This document shows, one piece after another, positions 49,502 through 59,033 of a stretch of 64,000 nucleotides of DNA. The notes under the pieces are model-generated. The model had not been told where the DNA came from. It saw only the letters and a list, made by a program, of their open reading frames with translations, and did no database searches. The DNA is from a bacterium. Lineage in GTDB: Bacteria > Patescibacteriota > Dojkabacteria > JAKAPS01 > JAJZLI01. Made by a program: the position numbers and the translations under genes. The stretch is from contig JAKAWT010000001.1 of assembly GCA_021816845.1 (NCBI GenBank), positions 262,087 through 326,086 on the forward strand, given 5' to 3'. Every line of letters starts with the position of its first letter. The stretch's first letter is position 1.

Positions 49502-49601
49502 CTTTTCAAGTAATCTACTAAATACTTATTATTGTAATATTTGTTTTACAATATAAAAACAGCTCTGGTATTTTAAAAAAAAAGACTTTATTATTATAGA
49601 A

Positions 49602-50201
49602 ATGGAAAAGGATTTAGCTCTAGAGAGTTTATACAAAAGAGATACACAAAAAATTAGGGCAATATGGATTGGCTCTAAGGGTTTCACTTTAATTGAAATA
49701 TTAATAGTTATAGTTATTATTGCAATATTAGCTCTTGTTGTTTTTATCGCAATAAATCCAGCTGGAAGAATAAGTGATTCTCAAAATACTACAAGTATTA
49801 AAAATGTAAAAGCAATCGTTAATGCAATAGAAACATATACAATTGACCATAATGGAACAATACCACCTTCAATTCCTAGCCTACCATCTCCTTTTATAAC
49901 TACAAATACATCAAGTACTGGGATTGGTTCTGGTTACAATATAGAAAATGGGAACCCAGGATTACCTGATTGTACTCAAGCTGGGGCATCATCTGGGACA
50001 TGTACTCAGGTCACTTCAGGAACTTTACTGTATAGTGAAATCCAATCATACTTATCATCTTCTCCAACAGGAGGCCCTTACTATGTTGGACAAGATAGTG
50101 GTGGTAATAACATAGTTGTTTTTGCAGTAGGATTAAAACAAGGGATTACAACAGATACAGTAGGATACGGTGTTGCATATATGTTGTATGCCTTTAGATA
50201 A
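49602..50201 (+). CDS. Type IV pilin (paralog 1)
   Basis: KG|FTLIEILIVIVIIAILA...INP, Cys pair. Confidence 0.9.
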   Translation: MEKDLALESLYKRDTQKIRAIWIGSKGFTLIEILIVIVIIAILALVVFIAINPAGRISDSQNTTSIKNVKAIVNAIETYTIDHNGTIPPSIPSLPSPFITTNTSSTGIGSGYNIENGNPGLPDCTQAGASSGTCTQVTSGTLLYSEIQSYLSSSPTGGPYYVGQDSGGNNIVVFAVGLKQGITTDTVGYGVAYMLYAFR

Positions 50202-50227
50202 AAAAGTTTAAAAATTAACTATCAAGA

Positions 50228-50282
50228 TTGACAAAAATTTTATACTGATATAAATTGGTAATAAGTCAGATAAAGGGGGTGA
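50228..50282 (+). promoter_or_regulatory. Promoter and strong Shine-Dalgarno of pilin paralog 2
   Basis: TTGACA 50228-50233, TAAATT 50251-50256 (17-nt spacer), AAGGGGGTGA 50273-50282, 9 nt before the ATG. Confidence 0.65.
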
Positions 50283-50291
50283 AAGAGAATT

Positions 50292-50882
50292 ATGATAAAA
50301 ACTAATTTTAAAGGAGCTAGCCCCAAAAAAGCAAATGCTTTATCTAGATCCAATGGAACCAGAGGTTTCACTTTGATTGAAATATTGATAGTTATAGTTA
50401 TTATTGCAATACTTGCACTTGTTGTGTTTGTAGCAATTAACCCAGTAGGGAGAATTGCAGATGCAAATAACTCTACTAGACAAACAGATGTTCAGCAAGT
50501 TGCACATGCAATATTGATGTATACTAATGATCACCAAGGTCAATACCCAGGTGGTTTAACTCAACTTACATCTCCATTGATAAATACAGCTGCAGCTTAT
50601 GGATATTCTTTAACAGGATCTTCAATTGGAGTTCCTAATTGTGTTACAGGATCAGGAACAATACCTAATGCTACAGTTACGGTATCCTCATCTTGTGTAT
50701 TATTAACACAAGGATCTACCGTTGGTAATGAACTTTCACAATATCTAAGTTCTTTCCCTTCAGGTAATATCTATATGGCAGAAAATTCAACAGGAACAAG
50801 GTTTGTTGTTTTCGCAACAGGAATGCAACAAGGAGTAACTGTTGACGCTAAAGGTTATCCAGTAGTTTGGAGTTATAACTAA
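50292..50882 (+). CDS. Type IV pilin (paralog 2, probable major pilin)
   Basis: RG|FTLIEILIVIVIIAILA...INP, R..DV, Y..D...YP. Has its own promoter, SD and downstream hairpin. Confidence 0.9.
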   Translation: MIKTNFKGASPKKANALSRSNGTRGFTLIEILIVIVIIAILALVVFVAINPVGRIADANNSTRQTDVQQVAHAILMYTNDHQGQYPGGLTQLTSPLINTAAAYGYSLTGSSIGVPNCVTGSGTIPNATVTVSSSCVLLTQGSTVGNELSQYLSSFPSGNIYMAENSTGTRFVVFATGMQQGVTVDAKGYPVVWSYN

Positions 50883-50895
50883 TAGGCAATGTTGT

Positions 50896-50933
50896 GGGGC
50901 GACAGACATATATTTTATATGTTGTCGTCCCCC
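50896..50933 (+). terminator. Hairpin after the pilin gene (terminator or stabiliser)
   Basis: ggggcgaca-g-acatata...atatgt-tgtcgtcccc imperfect stem. No clear U-tract. Confidence 0.55.
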
Positions 50934-50980
50934 TCATATAGTGGTATACTCAAGGTACTAATATTTGGATTGTTAATGCT

Positions 50981-51301
50981 ATGGCTCACCAAGAAATAAC
51001 ATCTTCAAACTTTGATCAAGAAGTTTTAAAATCAGATACACTTTATGTTGTAGATTTTTGGGCAGATTGGTGTATGCCATGTCATATGCTATCTCCTATC
51101 ATAGAAGAGGTTGGGGAGGATTATAAAGATAAAATAAAGGTTGGAAAACTTAATACTGATGAAAATCCAGATATTGCAGCAAAATATGAGATTATGAGTA
51201 TTCCTGCAGTACTATTTTTCAAGGAAGGTAAAGAAGTAGCAAGACTAATAGGGGTTAGACCTAAAACTGATTTCTCAAATCAAATAGACTCTCTTTTATA
51301 G
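50981..51301 (+). CDS. trxA: Thioredoxin
   Basis: VVDFWADWCMPC, KLN.DEN, SIP, FK.G. Confidence 0.95.
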   Translation: MAHQEITSSNFDQEVLKSDTLYVVDFWADWCMPCHMLSPIIEEVGEDYKDKIKVGKLNTDENPDIAAKYEIMSIPAVLFFKEGKEVARLIGVRPKTDFSNQIDSLL

Positions 51302-51313
51302 TAACCTAAATTC

Positions 51314-51994
51314 ATGAAAATTAATGTAATCACCTTATACCCAGAGTATTTTAGCTCTTGTTTCCTCTTTGGTACTATAAAAAAAGCTTTAGACATAAAG
51401 GCTATATCTTTGAATATTATAAATCTTAGGGACTATTCCTATGATAAACGTGGATCCGTTGATGATTCTCCTTATGGAGGGGGTGCTGGAATGATAATAA
51501 GGGCGGATGTTCTGTATAATGCAATAAATACAATAGAAAAAACATCTAAATCTAAAAATTATACCGTAATGTTATCTGCATCTGGAAAGAAATATACACA
51601 AAGTGTAGTAGAATCCCTAGCAAAACTAGAAGAAATGACCATAGTGTGCTCAAGATATGAAGGATTTGATGAAAGAATTTTAGAGTACACTGATATTGAA
51701 CTTTCAATAGGAGATTTTGTCCTATCTGGAGGGGAACCAGCAGCAATTGTAATAATTGATTCAATATCAAGATTACAACCTGGAGTTTTGGGAAATAATG
51801 AGTCATTAGGAGAAGAGTCTTTTTCAAAAATGAATAAAAATTTATTGGAGTATCCTCAGTACACAAGGCCGAAAGAATTTAACAACATTGATGTTCCTAA
51901 AGTATTATTGTCTGGAGATCATGAAAAAATAAAAGAATGGCGAAAGGAAAAAAGTCTTGAAAAAACACATAAAAATAGGCCAGATTTAATATAG
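51314..51994 (+). CDS. trmD: tRNA (guanine-N1)-methyltransferase
   Basis: VDD.PYGGGAGM, RYEG.DER, SIGDFVLSGGE, EYPQYTRP, LLSG.H. Confidence 0.97.
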   Translation: MKINVITLYPEYFSSCFLFGTIKKALDIKAISLNIINLRDYSYDKRGSVDDSPYGGGAGMIIRADVLYNAINTIEKTSKSKNYTVMLSASGKKYTQSVVESLAKLEEMTIVCSRYEGFDERILEYTDIELSIGDFVLSGGEPAAIVIIDSISRLQPGVLGNNESLGEESFSKMNKNLLEYPQYTRPKEFNNIDVPKVLLSGDHEKIKEWRKEKSLEKTHKNRPDLI

Positions 51995-52063
51995 AAATGC
52001 TGTTTGTTGTAAAAATATAGGGATGTGATAAGATATTATGTTTACATACTATATTTTTTAAAT

Positions 52064-53635
52064 ATGCAGTTTATAAAAAGACATACAGTATTACCCTTCA
52101 AAGAAAAAAAATTAAAGACACAAATCTTGTTGTTAAAAACGAGAATTTTTATAAAACACCTAATTTCGTATAAAAGGGATTTGATTGATCTTATAGAGAG
52201 AACTACGAATGCAAACTTAAAACAAAGAAGTTCAATAAATATAAAGAATGTTTTTGCATTATTAGTAGTTTTTGGAGTTTTATCTGGAGGCTACGTCTTT
52301 GCTCAGACAACAACTACTTCTTCCTCTACAACTTTGGATAAGTGTGCTCCTGCCAATGGATCAGGACTTGCAACTTGGAATTCTTGTGGTTTCACTCCAT
52401 CTATTTTTCAATCAGGTGCGATTGCTATACTTGGTAATTATACGCAATATTCTAACTCTACAGCCCAGAATTTTAAATATACAGGGGGTTATGGGGCAAT
52501 GGGAGAAATGACTTCTTTGATGGGAACTATGTATGCAGCACAGCCTGAATCTGGAGTTGGGTATTTTGCATATTTAGGAGAGAAAGCTGGTTTTATAAAT
52601 CCTACTTATGCTGCAACAACATCAAATTCTGGTGGCCCAATTTATGGATTCTCTTTCCTCTCTCCAATTGAACCTCTGTGGGCATTAACTAGAAACGTAG
52701 CATATTTCCTGTTAATTTTAATAATAATAATGACAGGAATTATGATAATAATAGGAGGAAAGATTGGAGGCCAAATACCAATAACCTTTATGTCTGCATT
52801 ACCAAATATTGTTGCTGCAGTAATACTAATTGAATTCTCTTATGCATTGGCGGGATTTATGATAGATTTAATGAATATTCTACTTTCTTTTGTATTTTTC
52901 ACATTTAATTATCTTGGACCTAATTTAGGAGGAAAAAGTTTTTCTTCAGCTTTTTCTAGTAAAATGTATGTATTTTCAGTCTTTGGTACAGAACAGAGTC
53001 AGATACAAAAAGCCTTAGAAAATTCACAACCACTTGTTAATTCTATTACTGCAAATAGTAATAATGTATATGTGAAATTACTTGGGATGTTAGGGAATCT
53101 TATAAGTAATCATCAGTTATCTGGAATTATAGCATTTGTTATTGCTGTAATATTACTTTTCACTGCGATAAAGATCTTTATGAAACTTTTAGCTTCATAT
53201 GTCATACTTATTTTTCTTCCAGTAGCCGCACCGTTTATGTTCTTATTTGGAGCTTTTCCAGGACAGAGTAAATTTTACTGGAAATTTTTTATGGGGATGT
53301 TTAAAGCTCTTATGGCATTTGTTGTTGTCTATGCAATTTTCCTGATAATGTTTTATATAGAAAATGGCAATGGAGGAAACCCTATATCTTTCGGGAACGG
53401 AAATGCTTTACCACTTATTGGGTTTAACAATATTTCTACATCTTCTGCAACTTCAGTAATCTCTGCATTTATAGCTATTGCTCTTTTTGTTCTTATACCA
53501 AAACTTGTTGGCGATGTACAAAATGCTATATCAAGAGACTTTGGAGATTATGGAACAGAACTTAAAAAGAATGTTGCAGGTCCTTGGGCTAGCCTTAGAA
53601 GAGGTGCTAGGAACCTTACAGGGATGGCAAGATAA
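52064..53635 (+). CDS. Polytopic membrane protein, VirB6/TrbL-like
   Basis: W...RNVAY...I...G.MI, LPNI..A.ILI.FSYA.AG..ID.M, FMKL...YV.L....V.APF. 7-8 TMs. Start uncertain (GTG 52025 or ATG 52064). Confidence 0.65.
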   Translation: MQFIKRHTVLPFKEKKLKTQILLLKTRIFIKHLISYKRDLIDLIERTTNANLKQRSSINIKNVFALLVVFGVLSGGYVFAQTTTTSSSTTLDKCAPANGSGLATWNSCGFTPSIFQSGAIAILGNYTQYSNSTAQNFKYTGGYGAMGEMTSLMGTMYAAQPESGVGYFAYLGEKAGFINPTYAATTSNSGGPIYGFSFLSPIEPLWALTRNVAYFLLILIIIMTGIMIIIGGKIGGQIPITFMSALPNIVAAVILIEFSYALAGFMIDLMNILLSFVFFTFNYLGPNLGGKSFSSAFSSKMYVFSVFGTEQSQIQKALENSQPLVNSITANSNNVYVKLLGMLGNLISNHQLSGIIAFVIAVILLFTAIKIFMKLLASYVILIFLPVAAPFMFLFGAFPGQSKFYWKFFMGMFKALMAFVVVYAIFLIMFYIENGNGGNPISFGNGNALPLIGFNNISTSSATSVISAFIAIALFVLIPKLVGDVQNAISRDFGDYGTELKKNVAGPWASLRRGARNLTGMAR

Positions 53636-53640
53636 AATAT

Positions 53641-54318
53641 ATGGATTTAAGACAATTTTACTATGACAAATATAAGGATGATTTTTCATTGTATGAGGAA
53701 TTTATAAGGAAATTCTCTTATAGTAGTGATGTAGATAATTTTTTGACCCTTGAGCTTAAAACCTTTGATGAATATTGTGATGACAGAACCCTTCCCCTGT
53801 ATGACTATATGTACTCCTCACTATATGAGCTTTTAAAAACTCCTACAGTCTCAGATTTACAATTTCTTTATAGGGTCATAGACAAAGATTTTATAGAGTT
53901 TTTTTCTTCTCAAAAAGGGAGAGATTTCCTTTTTTATGAAGGACTAAAGAATGAAAAAGGAGAGGAAATTACAATCAGGAAAGATGCTTTGATTGGAGAA
54001 GAAAATTATGAAGATCTGTCTTTCTCTCCTCATATTCTTGATCCAAATTATTTTTATTTCATTGACCACGATGATGATATTAGGGGGATCAAATATTTGA
54101 AGGAAGTGAAAACCCTTTTTATTATAAGGAAGTTTTTAGAATATGGAGGTTCCTTTGCATATCTTAATAATGCAGAGGATAGTCTTTTTATAAAGAAACT
54201 TTGGATTCCTTTATCTGAAGGCATTATAAAAATTTCCGATAAAAACCTTGTAACTTCAAGCATATCATTATATGAAGATATCTTTGATTTTAACTTAGAT
54301 TTAAATATTGAACTTTAA
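53641..54318 (+). CDS. Hypothetical acidic soluble protein
   Basis: 225-aa ORF tightly packed in the operon, with TAATG coupling to the next gene. Confidence 0.7.
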   Translation: MDLRQFYYDKYKDDFSLYEEFIRKFSYSSDVDNFLTLELKTFDEYCDDRTLPLYDYMYSSLYELLKTPTVSDLQFLYRVIDKDFIEFFSSQKGRDFLFYEGLKNEKGEEITIRKDALIGEENYEDLSFSPHILDPNYFYFIDHDDDIRGIKYLKEVKTLFIIRKFLEYGGSFAYLNNAEDSLFIKKLWIPLSEGIIKISDKNLVTSSISLYEDIFDFNLDLNIEL

Positions 54319-57300
54319 TGAATGATATACAGAAACTAAAGAATAATCTATATAAATCTTATTGTGATCTTATCTATACAAAAGAAGATTTGGATAGAGA
54401 TTTATCTGTATCTAGGATTGATCTTAGTAGGTATGTTCAAGATTTTATAGATCAAAGAAATTGTGAGTTAAACGGAATTCCATCAGGATTAGTTGGAGAA
54501 GTTCTAGATAAAAAAAGAAATTTTACTTTCAGGGATAAAGTTTTAGAAGGACAATACCGGAGGTATGTTAATGTAGCAGTAGAAGAGAATTTGTATAGAA
54601 GGTTCTCTATCACAAGTTCTAATTCATATAAGAGAGCATATAAAGCTAGAGAGGCAAGACTTCTTGCAAAATCATTAACTCCATCAATAGCTCAATATTT
54701 TCTTCCTGCTCAAGGAGGTAGGTTTTCTGGAACAATCGGAGATATAGATACTGTTAAATTTATGGTTTCTATACTTCAGAGAAAGAAGTATCTAGATGTT
54801 ATAGAAAGACAACTCTACACTTACAGAACTCAAGGTTATATGCCTGCATTAGATGAAAGACTTGAGGTTAGAAAAGTTAATCTTTCACTAAATGCTTTAA
54901 GAAGAAGAGAAGGAGTAGGGGCTCAGATAAAAACTAGAAGAGTATTAGATGTTTGGGAGACAGTCAGTCTAGAAGAAGTGTATTCTCTAATAAGAGGGCT
55001 ATCAAAAGATGAGGCTATAAAGGAAATTACAAGGAGATATCAATACCCTATTGCCGTTGCAGAGGCAGTTTATTCTAGAGTTATTGAAAAAACTACAGCA
55101 GTTGACATTCTTGAAGATGATAAAGGTATAGCTAGAATTACTCCAATTGTTAATGATGGGAACTTCCATGCTAGATATTTTTTCCAATATATCCTTAATG
55201 ACAATAAAAAAAGGAATAATAGAAAAATATTTTCTATTCCTAAAACATGGATAATGGGTAGAGAGGTGGGGGTTCTAGTTGGGCTCGGATTTTTCTCTAA
55301 AAATCCTGAAGTAAATCAATATTCTAGATTTATAGATAAAAATCCATTTCTAAAAAGAATAACAGAGTATGATAAAGAACAGTATTATGAATCCATAAGA
55401 AGTTTTTTTTCTCCTACTGAAACATCTAGGGTTGTTGGTTCTAAATATTCTCAAGGGCTATATGTTAGAAACACAAATAGATTCCTTTTTAACCAAAAAA
55501 GGGGAGGCTTACGATATGAAGACTACAGCAAGGATTTTAAAGACCAAACTGCAGGAGAAAATATAGAGTATGCATTGAACGAAAAAAAAGAACGAGGATT
55601 GTTGTTTTTTAAAAAACCTACAACAATAAGACAAGGGTATGAAGTCCTAGACACCAGATCATCTTTATGGACTCGCTATAGATACAAGAAAAGGAGGATT
55701 TTAAAAATTCTAGATTTTATAGCTGCAATTCCTGCACTTATATCTTTGTCTGTAGGGTTTATAGAGACAAGGCTTATAAATATTGCAGATAGAGCTTTCT
55801 TGGGAGGTAGGCTAACAAAAGCTTTTATTGGCCATATTGAAGGAGGAACGCTAACAGATAAGTTAATGCTCTCTTTTGATGGTATAAGATTCTCTTTTAA
55901 TGCCTTTAAATTAATTATAAAAGATGGTGCTGAAATAGCAGTCCCTGCATTGTTAGTAGGTATTTTATCAGGATCTCTTCCAGTGGCTTTGGCTGTAGGG
56001 ATACCTTTCTTCGGACTTAAATTCCTTAAAGATTTCCTTCCTATGTTTGATGCACAAAATCCTCTAACAGTAGATATCATTAAAAAGATAGTAGGCGGCA
56101 TGACACAAGAAGCTCTTTCTGGCAGTGAAATTATGCTCAAATCTTCTATATTTGGTTTAGAAGCTGGTGCACTTTCAATCCCACTAGCACTTTTGTTTGG
56201 AGCTTCTGCACCATTAGTTTTTATGGGTGCATTTGCTGCTGCTACAGGATATAGAGCTGTAAGTACATTATTTGCAGGAAGATTTATTCCTTCTTATCTT
56301 GAAGCTTCAAAGCTGGACGCATCCTTATTTGATATTTTAAGATATAAGTCCCAATACTTGGGGGAGTTTGGTACAGGGGGTTTTATTACAGGAGGTCTAT
56401 TAACTTTAGCTTTTGGAGGTAATCCAGCATTTGTACTTGCATTTACTGGTGCTGGATTACTTAGTGGTTCTGTTGCAGATTTTTTTAAGAATGCCATATT
56501 TGAAGAATCTATAGTTCATACTACACCTACAGCTACAATACTTTCAGATACCACCCATGTAGCAGTTGGATTTGGAGCAGGTCTTGGTATTATTGGTTTT
56601 GCATTTTTTGGGGTACCGGGAGCCATAGTACTTGGAGGTGCAGGAGCAGCATTAAGTGTTGTTACAACAATAATTCAAAGGAGAGTTACATCTATAACAG
56701 TTGGTAAGCTAGATCCTACAATATTATCTCATATATCAAGATTGTCTCCAGAGGATATAAGGGATTTAGTTACAGCTTCCTCTTCCATAGAAGATATGAG
56801 AACTATCCTTCTAAAAGCTGGATTGTCAGCAGATATTGTAAGTAGATTTTTATCAAGTAGAGCCTTTCTTGAAGATATTAGAGATATAAGTGAATCTATA
56901 AGATCAAATCTTTCGCTACAAGAGAATTATGTAAAAGATCTACTTAAGGGGACTCTGGAAAGAGATCTTTTTTCAAGGCAGCTCTTATTAGGAGATATAG
57001 CAAAAAATTTTAGAAATTTTTATGACATAAGAGATCTAAATTCCTTAGAAGAAATACGGCATCTATCTATAAATGATTTTGCGACAAGGTTTGGTTTAGA
57101 TCCGGACACTGCAGGGAGATTATTACGTAGTGATGGTTTTATTAGAGCGTTAGATAGTGAGGATATAGTTCAAGTTAGAAACAGCATAGAGAGTGCTCTA
57201 AGAGGTAGTTTAAGAGAAAGATTTTCATTGTCACAAGGGGATATAGATAAATTATTCAAAGAATCTAATTCTGGGATAATTAAGAGTCTACGTCCAATAA

Positions 57301-59033
57301 ATTTAGAATTAAGATCATATTTAAAAATATCAGAATACCTTAGAGAAGGAAGAGCTCTTGATTTTGTAGGAAGGGGTGAACTAGCAAAATTATTAAATGT
57401 GGATGAAGTAAATCTTGCTGAGCACTTAAGGACTGTATATCAAATTAATATAGAGACCGTTAAATATTCAGAATTAAGAGATATTCTACTGAGAGATAAT
57501 ATTAATATTGTATCTGCTTTAAGTGAAAGAAGTGAATTTTTTAGAGTCCTCGAAGGAACAAAACTAACAATGGGAGAACTTTTTGGGAAGTATGTGGAAT
57601 TTCCTGATAATCTTCCAGATTTATTGAGTATGAATTTTTCTGAATACTTAAAAGTTATTAGTGACCCAACATCTGTTTTTGCTGCTTCTTGGGGATGGGA
57701 AGATCTATTAGGGAAGGCACAAGGTGATTTCTTAGCAAGCCCAGAACTAAAGGCAATAATAGGTGATAAGATAAAAGAATTACCTTTCTCTTTGGGAAAA
57801 CTAGCAGAATTTGGTAGAAATTTCCATCTTGGACATTTAAATTTTGCAGGAATTGAAAGTGTTGGAATGACAGGTTTGTGGACTGGGATAACAGTTGCAA
57901 TACTAGGAGTCCCAATTTTACCAGCAATAGCAATAACAGGTACTGCTGTTTTAGCAAAGGGGTTGATTAGTGAATGGGTGGCAGCAAATCCTTTGAATAA
58001 GGCAGATATTCTCGCAGGAAGATTAACAACAATTGATCAATATAAATTATTTGCAAAATCTTTGGAAGGATCACTAAATGTTGGAATAATAGGATTTTTA
58101 GTAGGAACAGTTATAGGAGGGCCTTTGGTTGGTACCTTAATAGGTGGAGGTTCTATGATTGGTCTTATGACCTACAAATATTTAAGGGGACCAGAAGCTG
58201 CAATTGCTGAGGCAACAAAAGGCTTTGGAGCAGTTGTTATGAAAGCTGGGAATGAAAGTTTAAATGTTGTAATGTCATTTAGTCTTGTAGATCAATTATT
58301 CCATCTTAAATCTTTTATACCAAGTCTATTGTTTCAAAATGGAATATTGTCTGCACTTGGAGCTTGGGCAACGGTTGGATTTGGCATTGCAGGATTTGCA
58401 GCTATAGGAGGAGCCATAATAACATTTGTAGTAGGTGCAGCAGCAGTAGCATTTTTTCCTGCAGTTCTTATAGGAGCAGCCGTTGTTGTAACCGCTGATG
58501 TTGCAACAAGAATCTTTTCCTGGCTTATCACGGGAACTTCGCATGGACTTCTTTTTTATGTTGGTGCTGGATTAAAAGACGTAGCAGGATTTTTCCTAGG
58601 AGCTGCAGGTTCAACATTAGCATCTTTAGGTATTGACATAATAATAGGACTTATATTCTTACTTTCGAGATTTGATTTTGATATAGATGATTTTCTAAAA
58701 ACTATTTTTATAATGGTATTCTCTTGGTCACTTATAGCAGGAGGAGTATTTGGATCAGGAGTATTTTCAGGTTCTAGTAATAATAATATTTCTAATGTTG
58801 CTGTATCAAATAATAGTACTCCCGCTTCTGGTATATCATCAAATATGATAATCTCTCCTGTGAAGGGTAAGATATTTAAGATATCCCAGTCAGGGTCTGT
58901 TATAGTCTCAGATACGGTATACATAAAAACGGAAAATGGAGATATTATAGGTGTAAAAAATGTAAACAACCCATATTTATATAGTGGAGAAACAATTACA
59001 AAAGGCCAATTTATAGGGAACTTATCACAATGA
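54318..59033 (+). CDS. 1571-aa membrane protein with Gly/Ala-rich helices and a C-terminal LytM/M23-like domain lacking metal ligands
   Basis: Basic N-terminal region, two blocks of GxxxG-rich hydrophobic helices, a charged helical middle, and C-terminal SPVKGKI...VYIK..G...GETITKGQFIG. Confidence 0.75.
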   Translation: MNDIQKLKNNLYKSYCDLIYTKEDLDRDLSVSRIDLSRYVQDFIDQRNCELNGIPSGLVGEVLDKKRNFTFRDKVLEGQYRRYVNVAVEENLYRRFSITSSNSYKRAYKAREARLLAKSLTPSIAQYFLPAQGGRFSGTIGDIDTVKFMVSILQRKKYLDVIERQLYTYRTQGYMPALDERLEVRKVNLSLNALRRREGVGAQIKTRRVLDVWETVSLEEVYSLIRGLSKDEAIKEITRRYQYPIAVAEAVYSRVIEKTTAVDILEDDKGIARITPIVNDGNFHARYFFQYILNDNKKRNNRKIFSIPKTWIMGREVGVLVGLGFFSKNPEVNQYSRFIDKNPFLKRITEYDKEQYYESIRSFFSPTETSRVVGSKYSQGLYVRNTNRFLFNQKRGGLRYEDYSKDFKDQTAGENIEYALNEKKERGLLFFKKPTTIRQGYEVLDTRSSLWTRYRYKKRRILKILDFIAAIPALISLSVGFIETRLINIADRAFLGGRLTKAFIGHIEGGTLTDKLMLSFDGIRFSFNAFKLIIKDGAEIAVPALLVGILSGSLPVALAVGIPFFGLKFLKDFLPMFDAQNPLTVDIIKKIVGGMTQEALSGSEIMLKSSIFGLEAGALSIPLALLFGASAPLVFMGAFAAATGYRAVSTLFAGRFIPSYLEASKLDASLFDILRYKSQYLGEFGTGGFITGGLLTLAFGGNPAFVLAFTGAGLLSGSVADFFKNAIFEESIVHTTPTATILSDTTHVAVGFGAGLGIIGFAFFGVPGAIVLGGAGAALSVVTTIIQRRVTSITVGKLDPTILSHISRLSPEDIRDLVTASSSIEDMRTILLKAGLSADIVSRFLSSRAFLEDIRDISESIRSNLSLQENYVKDLLKGTLERDLFSRQLLLGDIAKNFRNFYDIRDLNSLEEIRHLSINDFATRFGLDPDTAGRLLRSDGFIRALDSEDIVQVRNSIESALRGSLRERFSLSQGDIDKLFKESNSGIIKSLRPINLELRSYLKISEYLREGRALDFVGRGELAKLLNVDEVNLAEHLRTVYQINIETVKYSELRDILLRDNINIVSALSERSEFFRVLEGTKLTMGELFGKYVEFPDNLPDLLSMNFSEYLKVISDPTSVFAASWGWEDLLGKAQGDFLASPELKAIIGDKIKELPFSLGKLAEFGRNFHLGHLNFAGIESVGMTGLWTGITVAILGVPILPAIAITGTAVLAKGLISEWVAANPLNKADILAGRLTTIDQYKLFAKSLEGSLNVGIIGFLVGTVIGGPLVGTLIGGGSMIGLMTYKYLRGPEAAIAEATKGFGAVVMKAGNESLNVVMSFSLVDQLFHLKSFIPSLLFQNGILSALGAWATVGFGIAGFAAIGGAIITFVVGAAAVAFFPAVLIGAAVVVTADVATRIFSWLITGTSHGLLFYVGAGLKDVAGFFLGAAGSTLASLGIDIIIGLIFLLSRFDFDIDDFLKTIFIMVFSWSLIAGGVFGSGVFSGSSNNNISNVAVSNNSTPASGISSNMIISPVKGKIFKISQSGSVIVSDTVYIKTENGDIIGVKNVNNPYLYSGETITKGQFIGNLSQ

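Noticed and set aside
49602-50882. Diversity-generating retroelement acting on the pilins
   Set aside because: No reverse transcriptase is present, and the similarity is in the conserved N-terminal helix rather than an adenine-specific TR/VR pair.
50981-51301. Thioredoxin WCMPC active-site variant
   Set aside because: CxxC is intact. This is ordinary variation within the family.
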